Assembly: GCA_951406725.2 (NCBI GenBank)
Contig: OX597821.1
Coordinates: 66,216,001 to 66,280,000 of the forward strand
From: Octopus vulgaris
Taxonomy: Eukaryota
Direction of reading: 5' to 3'
DNA length: 64,000 nucleotides
A model generated the notes under the pieces. It was given only the letters and a program-made list of their open reading frames with translations, had not been told where the DNA came from and ran no database searches. The translations under genes and the position numbers were made by a program. Positions 53,090-64,000 of this stretch are shown here, one piece after another (position 1 is the stretch's first letter; each line of letters starts with the position of its first letter).

Positions 53090-53162
<73 letters not shown>

Positions 53163-53675
53163 AAGCATGGAATTTTTCGAACAGCTAATGGTGATGAAGA
53201 GCGCGATATCTTCGTCTTCCCGCTTATCCTCCGCGGTACCAACACCAACACCACTACCACTGCCATCATCATCATCATCATCATTAGCATTAAGGCAGGA
53301 CCGTAGTTCAACGGTTGAGGTGCTCCGATGCTTAATGTGTTACAGCGGCGGATTATCTATTTTAGGAATGTGTCGCTGTGAATAAGAAGCTCTAATGCTT
53401 TCAGAAAGGATTAAAATCAGATTTGTCTGCATATTACTACAGAACAAATATACAGAACGCCCAAAACAACCGCAATCTATCGTCTGCGGTAGTATTTGTT
53501 TCTGACTCACTGCATACACATCAATGAATCATACTTAAAACAATTCCACACCCATTCAACACAAACTTCAAAATTTAGAATATTCATCACAATCATTGGT
53601 GTTGTTGTTCTTGTACGACTCCAGGTTAGCTCTGATTAGACTACATATGCATCTCCTATCAGAGTTAATCTAGAG

Positions 53676-53760
53676 CAGTGGTTCCCAAACTTTTTCAGGC
53701 TGCCCCCTTGGTTCTAAGGCCACATTCGTAATGCCCTCCATCGCCACGCTCCCCATCATT
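53676..53760 (+). mobile_element. hAT-Charlie-like left end
   Basis: TCTAGAG|CAGTGGTTCCCAAACTTTTT is a typical Charlie TIR with a TCTAGA-type target. Confidence 0.55.
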
Positions 53761-53761
53761 A

Positions 53762-54020
53762 ACAACCAAGTTTGAGAAATATGTCAGAGAAATCGGAATT
53801 GACATGAGAGCTGAGCAAGCCCAAAAAACTGCTTTGTTGGAGACACCTAGGATTTTGAGATTGGTACTTGGATGTTGGATACCTCCCACGATAATCAACA
53901 ACCAAGTATCAAAGCTTATAATGTGCGGAAAGAGACCCTGTGAGACCTCTGACGACAGGCTGCGGTCCGTTCTCACAGAATCTACCAGAACAAACAAGAC
54001 CAAGCGTTCTGAGAAGTAAA
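53762..54020 (+). mobile_element. R4/Dong-clade 3' end, second family
   Basis: TKFEKYVREIGIDMRAEQAQKTALLETPRILRLVLG followed by a putative 3' UTR ending at AATAATAA. Confidence 0.75.
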
Positions 54021-54024
54021 ACAA

Positions 54025-54970
54025 TAATAATCCTTTCTACTAGGGGCACAAGGCCTGAAATTTTGGGGGAGGAAACTAGTCGATTACATCGACCCCCCAG
54101 TGTTTCACTGGTACTTAATTCATCGACTCCGAAAGGATGAAAGGCAAACTCAACCTCGGTAGAATTTGAACTCAGACGAAATACCGCTAAACACTTTGTC
54201 CGGCGTGCAAACGATTCTGCCAGTTTGCCGCCTTTTAGAGTTATACAATATTTTTTTCTACTGTAGGCACAAGGCCTGAAAAGTTGGGGGACTGTATAGT
54301 TGATTACATCGACCACAGTGCATAACTGGTACTTATTTCATCAACTCCGAAAAGATGAAAGGCAAAGTCGACTTTGGCGGAATTTGAACTCAGAACGTAG
54401 CGGCAAACGAAATACCTATTTCTTTACTACTCACAAGGGGCTAAACACAGAGAGGACAAACAAGGACAGACAAACGGATTAAGTCGATTACATTGACCCC
54501 AGTGCGTAACTGGGACTTATTTAATCAACCCCGAAAGGATGAAAGGCAAAGCCGACCTCGGCGGAATTTGAACTCAGAACGTAGCGGCTGGCGAAATACC
54601 GCTAAGTATTTCGCCTGGTGTGCTAACGATTCTGCCAGCTCGTCGCCTTTGTGTACACTGTACTATGATGAAAACTTTAAGATGTCATATTTGTAAATAC
54701 ACATGCAGGAGAAGCCGCTTATTGTCATCACAACGATGAAGCCTTTTCTTTTTAAATAACCGGAACTTGGTAATAACATAAAACAAATAAAGAATTTGGA
54801 ACTCAGTATTATCGACCCCAGTGCGTAACTGGTACTTATTTAATCGACCCCGAAAGGATGAAAGACAAAGTCGGCCTCGGCGGAATTTGAACTCAGAACA
54901 TTAGCGGCAAACGAAATACTGCTAAGCATTTCGCCCGGCATGCTAACATTTCTGCCAGCTCGTCGCCTTC
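54025..54970 (-). mobile_element. Cluster of four SINE family B copies
   Basis: GAAAGGATGAAAGGCAAAGTCGACCTCGGCGGAATTTGAACTCAGAACG-type blocks at ~54130, 54350, 54535 and 54855. Confidence 0.85.
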
Positions 54971-56964
54971 TGGAGTTATACAATAATGGTCTTAAGTCGT
55001 TGGTCTCGGTGTTAGTGTGTTTGCGTCCCCGTAACTTAGCTGTTCGGCAAAATTTACCGATAGAATAAGTACCATACTTTAAAAAAAACATAAGTACGGG
55101 GATCGATTTATTCGACTAAAAATTCAAGGTTGTGCCCCAGCATGGCCGTAGTCTAATGGCTGAAACAAGCAAAAGATAAAACTGAATCAACCACATCCAC
55201 CTCTAATTGCATCAACGATGGAGCTTCTATCGTGGTCATTCAACGTGCTGGAAATAATACAACACATTTTTCTTTGAGCTGACTCTGAAGTCTTTAAGAA
55301 AAGAGAAAGAAGTCACAACTGGAATAGCTTTGATCATAGGTTTGATTAGTGAACATTGCTGACCTGGGGCGAAAACTTTAATAACTCTAATATTTGTTTT
55401 TCTACTTCTAAATTCCACTTCATTTCTTCTCTCCACATCTAAATTCAGATTTAATACGGATAATCTCTCTACGATTGAAAGTAAAAAAAAATAGAAAAGT
55501 TGATTTAGAAAATGAAAACAATTGACTCAAAATTACTATGGATTTCACTAAAAACCGAAAAATAAATAAAATAAATTGTATTTATTGATCGATGGTTCCA
55601 GAACAAAAGAAGGCAACCGATAACTCTGTCATGCAATACATCCATGGATTTGATTGATGTTTAGAGAAATATTGGTAGCATCGAGGGAATTAACACATGA
55701 ATCCTGGTCAGAATCGATGAGTTTCATTTATTTAGTTGTTGTTATTATAAGTTTTATCATTTTTTTTTTTCATTTTTTTTTTTTCAGAAAAACTGAAATC
55801 AATATAGAATCAAGCCCGCTAGAATATCGATTCCTTACCGCGTAACTATTTATTTTTGTAAATCATTACTTGATTTTGTTTTAATTTCTAAGTCCGAGAA
55901 GGCGGTTCCAGTAGCATTTAATATCCCTTGTACGCAAACCATGTGCGTAGATTATTACATTCACACATGGCTAAACTACATTGTATGACGCAGCGTTATA
56001 TTTCCTGAACGTGCGTTATTAATGAGTCAACGAAGTAACATCTACGGCATTCTTTGAACGGCTAGAAATAGTAGTTAAATTTCCCTCAAACACACATTAT
56101 TGAGGCTGTTATTGTATTAATTCTTTTGAATTCTAAATGAGGTTAAAGACCCCCTTCGGTCATGAATGATTATAAGATTACACCTAGAGTGTTGCCCTCC
56201 GGAGTTTAATTCCGAATAAGGTTGTTCATGGAGGACAAGTAGTCACCCATGCCTCTCCTCTCTACGTCACCGATGTTATCCAAGGGAAAGGCAAAGGCCG
56301 ATACAGCTTGGCACCAGTGACGTCGCAACTCATTTCGACAGCTCTGTGAAATAAAGTGCCTTGCTCAAGAACACAACACAGTTCCAGATAGGTCCTGATT
56401 AAAAAAGGTCAACATACTACATGGATTGCCATGGTAATCCAACCTTTTTTTTTTCAAGCCATGTGGGAGTACTTAATATTATGTTATTCAGTTGTATATG
56501 TAAATAGTATGCGAAGTCGCATAGCTTAGTGGCTAGAGTGTTGGACTCACAATCGCTAGATCACGGGTTCGATTCCCGGATCGGACTTGGCGGTGTGTTG
56601 TTCTTGAGCAAAACACTTCATTTCACGCTATTGCAGTCCACTCAGAAGTAACGGAATGGCTTTTTCATCAGTGAGAAATGATGATGATGATGAGCACTAA
56701 TGTCATCGTCCTCTCGCCTATCCTTCTTGGTATCAATACCACCACCACCACCACCACCTGTTTATCTTGATATAAGATCACCATGTCACGTACACATGGT
56801 TGTGATGCATATGCCTTGTTAAAAGGATACTCTAGATCATTTCCAAAGGTACCGGGAAAAAATTCCGCCAGAACGGAGAAATTCTAACTTATGTGGGCCA
56901 CTCATCGTTGGTGGGTATAATGAGCTTCGTATATTTTACCCTAGTGTCATTATTATTATTATTA

Positions 56965-57140
56965 AGTCGGTAAGATGGCAGAATCATTAGCACGGCAGGT
57001 AAAATGCTTAACGGCATTTCTTCCGACTCTTTACGTCCTGAGTTCAAATGCTACCGAAGTCGACTTCGCCTTTCATTCTTTCGGTGTCGATAAAATAAAC
57101 AATAGTTGAGCACTGGGATCCATGTAGTCAACTAGCGCCG
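56965..57140 (+). mobile_element. SINE family B, degenerate
   Basis: TGGCAGAATCATTAGCACG...GAGTTCAAATGC...GCCTTTCATTCTTTCGGTGTCGATAAA. Confidence 0.75.
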
Positions 57141-57153
57141 TCCCACACAAAAG

Positions 57154-57215
<62 letters not shown>

Positions 57216-57219
57216 TACT

Positions 57220-57345
57220 CCGAGTAGGGGCACTCAGATCACTAACATTCAAGTTCGAGAAGTATGTCAGAGAAATAGGAATTGACATGAGAGCAGAGCA
57301 AACTCAAAAAACTGTTCTGCTGGTGACAGCTAGGATCTTTGGTGA
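57220..57345 (+). mobile_element. R4/Dong-clade 3' fragment directly after (TAA)n
   Basis: VGALRSLTFKFEKYVREIGIDMRAEQTQKTVLLVTARI, the same family as 53762. Confidence 0.75.
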
Positions 57346-57654
57346 CCTGCTCACCTACCCAGCGGAATGACATCATTCGAATGCTGAAACAATTCAAAGC
57401 GCATTGTGATCAGCGATGTATAACAACATCCAATAGTCTAGTCGATACCGTGACATAGTATTTATATTTTAAAGAAAGCTGAATGTGATTTAGAGGGAAA
57501 TTTGGCTGTCATATCTAGCAGTTCGGACGTCCACCACGTAGAAGCTCCCTGGTTGACTCAGCTTTATTGTGGTTGATACATTACTGAGTGTTTTGAAATT
57601 AATGGTGGTCAATAAAAATGAAATGTTGTCAAGACCGAATTTCCATTGGGTCGG

Positions 57655-57875
57655 AACAACCTTCGAGTAGGATGGCAAGACAGACTCTCAAACAAATCCC
57701 TGTGGGAGCAGATGAACCAGTAGCCTATCGGGATCCAAATCAAGAAGAGGAAATGGGGTTGATTGCGACAACTCTTATAGAAACCTGTTTCCAACATTAC
57801 GAGGAAATCCCTCCGATAGATACCCAAAAGGAAATGCAAGGGTAGCAGACCAAAAACAACATGGAAAAGGTCTAC
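57655..57875 (+). mobile_element. RTE-clade LINE C-terminal fragment with stops
   Basis: My translation: LRVGWQDRLSNKSLWEQMNQ*PIGIQIKKRKWG*LRQLL*KPVSNITRKSLR*IPKRKCKGSRPKTTWKR, a typical RTE ORF C-terminus pattern. Confidence 0.8.
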
Positions 57876-59625
57876 AGAAACTGAAGCCCCGGCGTTCTGA
57901 GTTTATATTCTACTTAGCATTTTTGTAATCCCAATGGCCGTATCTTCGCTCCTAATTCACCGAGAGAAAATCTCTAGGCAAACTATGGCCGATTACAGCT
58001 CCGGCATCTCCTTGCAATTAGACAAATTAGCACCTCCTTGCCAATTCATGGCACAAATGCGTCTCAGTACAATTGTAACATGAAATTGGAATGTTGAAGA
58101 CCAGTTACAATAGGGATCAAATTATGACTCTTCCTTTATACTTACTAAATTCATTAATGAAAAGATTCGTCATTAAAAGATCGTCATTATTTCCGTCGAA
58201 TGTAAACAATGTAAATAGCTAGAAATGGTTTTTAACAACCTTAAGGTTAGAATATAATCGATTTAGAGAATATTCGTTTTAATCCGCCATATCCAGTACG
58301 CTTTTCCCCCCATTTTTCTTGAGTGCTAGCGCTTATACAGTTTGTTACCTAGTTTCCATGGCGCATAAGTAACCGAAATCACAACAATCTTCATTGAACA
58401 GGATGCCGGTCCGTTGCAGGGTTCAAGGCTGGTAATTTCTAAGGGAAGGGGACATATCGATTTCATCGATCCCAGTACTTGGCTGGTAGTTTATTTTATC
58501 GATAAAAGGCAAAATGAACATTGACCAGATTTGAACTCAGAAGGTATAGATCCGAGAGAAGTGCTGCTAAGCATTGTGTCCAACTGGTTAACGCCACCTC
58601 ACAGCTTTATCCAGTATTTAATGGCTTAAAATTTTGGTTCATTGCCAGCATTTTCGGGGAATGAGCTAACTCGATTACAGTAAACCCTGTGCTCAATTGT
58701 TACTTATTCTAACGACCCTGAAAGGATGAAAAGTAAAGTTTACCTCATCACAATTTGATCTCAGAACGTAAAGACGCTGCCAAGCGATTTTCACAGCGTG
58801 CTAACAATTCTGCCGTATATCAAGTTCTGAATTGGAATTTATTTTATCAATTCCGGGCAGATGAAAGGGAAAGTCGACTTCGATGGAATTTTAATCCCGA
58901 TCATGGAGGGCATAAGGTAACACCGCAGCCATAGTTCGTAATAATGATTTCTTTGGATCCTAACATAATGACATGATGAGAATTTGGGGTTAGAGGGAGA
59001 ATAATCAATAATCGATTAAAACGATTTAAGTTCTTGATTGGTTCTTCATGCTGTTCAATTCTGAAAATGGATGCCAAATTCGATCACAGCGGAACTGGAA
59101 CTTACAACGTAGGATGATGTAGGTACACTATACAGCCTGAGTAAAATGGCAATTTGAGTATCATACTAACTTCATGATGGTGGCCAAGAATGACAGCAGG
59201 TAAACTATGGATTTGATTATGTTGTCTGGTACTTAAGCAAATTTCGATGAGATGCAAACAGCGTGTATGAATGCAATTCTTAACTCCAAGAGAGTCTTGT
59301 AGTTACGGTTTCTTCTGTAACTACAGCTAGGAAGAATCTGTTTACCTTTTGAGCTCTTTTCAATCTGTTCTTCGGTTATGTTGTTGGTGTTGTGTCCAGC
59401 CATGTTGTTTGTAGCAACTCTCTGCTTGGTAAATTCAAGTTTCAGCCGAAAATCCCTACGATCTTCTATAAAAGGCTTCTTCAGTTAATTTATCTGAAGA
59501 TTAGCCAGTTATTTACCAAGACTGGTCGTTGTGGTTTCAAAGTTGCAGATGGTATTCATCGAACCTTCGATAAATAGTCTCCCACTCCAAATACGCGACT
59601 TGTCGCTTCGAGTTGCGGTCAGTGT

Positions 59626-59661
<36 letters not shown>

Positions 59662-59879
59662 GTTATTGTGATAGCTTAGCCCCAGGTCAGCTGTGACCTA
59701 GCAGACTTACGAGCAATGGCATTCCTTGGGAGGCCACAATTGGCAATGTGTCCTTTAAAAAAATGCGATAGGTTGTAAATTGAGGGATATTTGATTGCTA
59801 TTTCTAGCAGGTTGAGCACTCGTATTGATTCTCCTTCATCACATTGAAGACCTCCGTCGTTGACTTGTACAAACTGAAC

Positions 59880-59911
<32 letters not shown>

Positions 59912-60503
59912 ACACGTGTGTGTGAGACATCGACCCAGATATGTGAGTAGTGCTTTAATATAGGACGTACAGTTCTTCCGGTGAGTTGGCAACTATTTAG
60001 AACTGCTCCTGAAAAAAAAAAAACAAAAACAAAAAAACAAAATCAAAAACCGAAAATACCCCTTATTTCAGCAAATTCTCATCTCTCAAATATCATAATA
60101 TTTTCTTTCCTTTGGCAGCTTTTTTTTTACTTCTCTGAAATGATGCGTTGGCAATCCCTTAAAAATACCTAAAAGAACTAACCCGAAAAGCAAGGTCAAT
60201 GTAACTACCTGGGTTCTTATTACTCTTACCACCCCTCACGTATACACTCCTTAATGATAGCCAATTATTTTTTAAACCAAAATTACACTCTGGACATCTG
60301 GCCTTCTGGAAAGTTATTTCTAGGAATATTGTCCCATTTGAACCTTAGCTGTATTAAGCTTTCACTCCATCAAATCTTATCTCCCAGTCTACAATAATTC
60401 AAAAAGTCTGTGTATGCTCTCTACACATATATGTATGTATGTATGTATGTATGTTTGTATGTATGTATGTGTGTATGTATGTGTGTATGTATGTGTGTAT
60501 GCG

Positions 60504-60566
<63 letters not shown>

Positions 60567-60995
60567 CCACTCACAAGGCTTTGGTCGGCCCGAGGCTATA
60601 GTAGAAGACACTTGCCCAAGGTGCCACGCATCCACATAGTTCCGGGTTCAGTCCCACTGCGTGGCACCTTGGCCAACTGTCTTTTACTATAGCCTCGGGC
60701 CAACCAAAGTCTTGTGAGTGGATTTGGTAGATTGAAACTGAAAGAAGCCCGTCGTATATATGTATATATATATGTGTGTGTGTTTGTGTGTATGTTGGTG
60801 TGTCTGTGTTTGTCCCTCCAAATCGCTTGGCAACCGATGCTGGTGTGTTTACGCCTCCGTAACGTAGCGGTTCGGCAAAATAGTCCGATAGAATAAGTAC
60901 TAGGCTTACAAAGAATAAGTCCTGGGGTCGATTTGCTCGACTAAAGGCGGTGCTCCAGCATGGCTACAGTGAAATGACTGAAACAAGTAAAAAAA
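60567..60995 (+). mobile_element. SINE family A with an inverted 5' duplication
   Basis: 60567-60630 is the reverse complement of 60658-60721. The plus-strand body continues to the tail. Confidence 0.85.
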
Positions 60996-61124
60996 TGTAT
61001 TCTTTTACTTGTTTCGGTCATTTGACTGTGGCCATGCTGAAGCACCACCTTTAATCAAACAAGATTCTTACCACATACCCAAACCTGCGCCTTTATGTAT
61101 TTGTAATACATATATGTATATACA

Positions 61125-61174
<50 letters not shown>

Positions 61175-61179
<5 letters not shown>

Positions 61180-61590
61180 TCATTAGACTGCGGCCATGCT
61201 GGAGCACTGCCTTGAGAAATTTTAAGTCGAATGTATGAATCACAGCCAATATTTATTTTGTTCTTAAGCCTGACATTTATTTTATCGGTCTCTTTTGGCG
61301 AACATTTAGCATACAGGAACGTAAACACACCAATACCGGTTGTCAAGCGGTGGTAGGGGGTAAACACAGACACACACACATACACATACACACTCATACA
61401 CACACATAAACACACATGTGTATGTATATTCGACATAATTTTTTCAATTTCCGAGTACCAAATCCACTGATATGGCTTTGGTCGGCCCGTGGCTGATGTA
61501 GACTCACTTGTCGAATGTGTCACGCAGTGGGATTGAAGCCGGAACCATGTGGTTGTGAAGAATACTTTTTACTGTACAGCCACGCCTGTT
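61175..61590 (-). mobile_element. SINE family A, older diverged copy
   Basis: The tail, body and head are recognisable on the minus strand. Confidence 0.8.
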
Positions 61591-61644
61591 CCTATATATA
61601 CATATACATACACACATACATACATACTTACATATATATATATG

Positions 61645-61714
<70 letters not shown>

Positions 61715-61895
61715 AAATAAGAAAATGGACAAATACATCTAAATCATTTATCAGCTACCAGATAATACCCAATCATATACTTTATTAAACCACTACATAA
61801 GAACATTAGGGTTAAACATAAAAATATATAACAAAACAGCGTACATGAATGAGTAATACAATACAAAAAGTACATTTGCAACCCCTATCTCAATT

Positions 61896-61965
<70 letters not shown>

Positions 61966-62143
61966 TTTATGTACGTATATATGTAGAGATAGACGGAGAG
62001 AGAAGGGAGAGAGGGAGGGAGAAGAAGAGAGAGTGAGTGGGCGAGACAGAGAGAGAGAGAGGGAGGGAAAAGAGAGAGTGGGTAAGAGAGGGAGGGAGAA
62101 GAAGAGTGAGCGGGTGGGAGATAGATAGTGATAGAAAGAGACT

Positions 62144-62184
<41 letters not shown>

Positions 62185-62731
62185 GTGCTGACTTGACACA
62201 TGACTGCGAGAATATTGAGTATATTAAGGTTTATGTCAACAGTTAGTATTTTCAGTGGTTCACACTTCAATAAATATGGACATATGTTTTGGCAAGTCTA
62301 GAGAAAACATATGTAATAAATTATACCCTTTAAAATATCAATAAATGTAGCATTAGTACATATGTTCTAGAATCGTGTGTCGGCTGGTTAAGTCGTTAAG
62401 CACTTTTGTTTCGAGGATTCGTAGTTTCAAGTTCAATGCCTTTATGCGACACCGTCAGTAAATATTTTTTGTTGTAGCTTTTTGGGTCGACTAAATCATT
62501 GAGAATGAAATTAGTTGATATAAATTGTGGTAATTTCAGACGGTAGGACCGCTCTTGTTTCACGGTTGTAGACTTTCTAAGTATCGAGTTCAAATTCTAG
62601 CGAAATCAACTTTGCCTTCTATTCTTTCGGGGAATGTACAAGCCAAGTACTGGATCGATTTAACCGTCGAGACCCCTGCAGACAATATTCATGACTTCGT
62701 GTAAATGTAAGAAAATATTATTATTATTATT

Positions 62732-63286
62732 GAGTGAGAGAGCAGTGCATGTCATCAAAGTGACACTGGGGTAAAATATATGAAGACCAGTATACACATC
62801 ATGACTACCCGTCTGATAAGGGTACACTAGGCACATGCATCACAACCATATGTGCGCGACATGGTGATCTCATATCAAGATAAACAGTACATGACCTTGC
62901 AGGTGGGGCCCAGTTAGAATTTTATTCTGGTCGTGTAGCCCATCCCACTCAAAAGGTCCCTGAATAAGTATTGTTTAAGGATGTTGAACGATCCACCCAT
63001 GTTTCCAAAGGTGAATTATTCAAACCCCAAAGAATTCCTTTCAACACACGGCAATGATGCTCCCCCACTACTGCTGCTTGTGATCAGAGATGCACATATC
63101 GTCAGCCTCTAAGGGACATTGTCAACTGGTTAAGGCCAAACAACTGACAAGCAAATCAGTGGTATTGAGCAGAATATTTGCTGTAGCCCATCTTTTATAC
63201 CAAGACAATACAATGTACATGATAACACGTCCAATCAGTTAAGATCAGAAGCCACGAGAGCAACTGCATAGTACTGCACCAGGGCA
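62732..63286. mobile_element. 555-bp (TTA)n-embedded element, copy 2
   Basis: Colinear with 23408-23962. Confidence 0.85.
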
Positions 63287-63294
63287 TTTTATTA

Positions 63295-63353
<59 letters not shown>

Positions 63354-63359
63354 GATATA

Positions 63360-64000
63360 GCGGTGAGCTGGCAGAATCGTTAGCGCATTTGACGAAATGC
63401 TTAGCAGTATTTCACCCGTCGTTGCACTCTGCGTCCAAATTCCGCTGGGGTCGACTTTGTCTCTTTCAGCCTTTCGGATGAAATACTAGGGTCGATGAAA
63501 TACCAGTAAAATTCTAGGGTCGACGTAATCGACTAGTTCTTTTCCCCCAAATTTCAGGCCTTGCGCCTTTAGTAGAAATGATTATTTTTATTATTATTGG
63601 TAGTAATATTTCTGTGCGAGAGTAAGGCGAAATGCTTAGCGGTATTTCGTCTGCCTTTACATTCTCAGTTCAAATTCCGCTGAGGTCAGCTCTGCCTTTC
63701 ATCCTTTCGTGATCAACGAAATAAGTACCATTTATGAACTGGGATCGATCTAAGCAACTTAACCCTTGCCCCCAAAATTTGAAGCCTTGTCCTTCCAGTA
63801 GAAAGGTTTATTATTGATAAGGCGGTGAGCTGGTAGAATCTTTAGCATGCTGGACGAAATGCTTAGCGATATTTCGCCCGTCGCTACGTTCTCAGTTCAA
63901 ATTCCACCATCAGGGTCGACTTTGCCTTTCATCCTTTCGGGGTTGATAAATCAAGTACCCGTGAAATACTAGGGTCGATGTAATCGACTAGTCCTCTTTC
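63360..64000 (+). mobile_element. Three tandem SINE family B copies (last one runs off the window)
   Basis: Heads at ~63360, ~63625 (truncated) and ~63821, separated by TTA-rich linkers. Confidence 0.85.

Noticed and set aside
59430-59492. Minus-strand CTGAAGA-AGCC...GGCT-GAAAC as a hammerhead
   Set aside because: Stem I pairing is poor, the stem III palindrome is absent, and there is only one copy, which is too weak to call.

Overview
This is AT-rich, microsatellite-saturated eukaryotic DNA, intronic or intergenic. The SINE repertoire and simple-repeat density suggest a cephalopod (Octopus-like) genome, which is an inference. No intact host protein-coding gene is supportable, and almost all ORFs in the track are translations of simple repeats. 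Recognisable content: many copies of several tRNA-headed SINE families; decayed autonomous retroelements (a Penelope-like RT/GIY-YIG element, a CR1/L2-group LINE, three R4/Dong 3' ends, one RTE 3' end); an internally deleted mariner; a non-autonomous Helitron abutting a Helentron/HINE-like element; hAT and Tc2-like ends; a 26-bp minisatellite; a 5S rRNA pseudogene; and a nearly perfect tRNA-Asn(GTT). The most interesting signal is a tRNA-headed repeat whose 3' part folds as a minimal Penelope-type hammerhead ribozyme (5 copies, twice in inverted pairs). Also notable are a second hammerhead-like family, a tRNA-Asn fused to the main SINE 3' tail, a 5S pseudogene 7 nt upstream of a full SINE in the same orientation, and a 555-bp element found only inside (TAA)n. 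All calls are by eye. Repeat boundaries are approximate unless TIR/TSD motifs are quoted.
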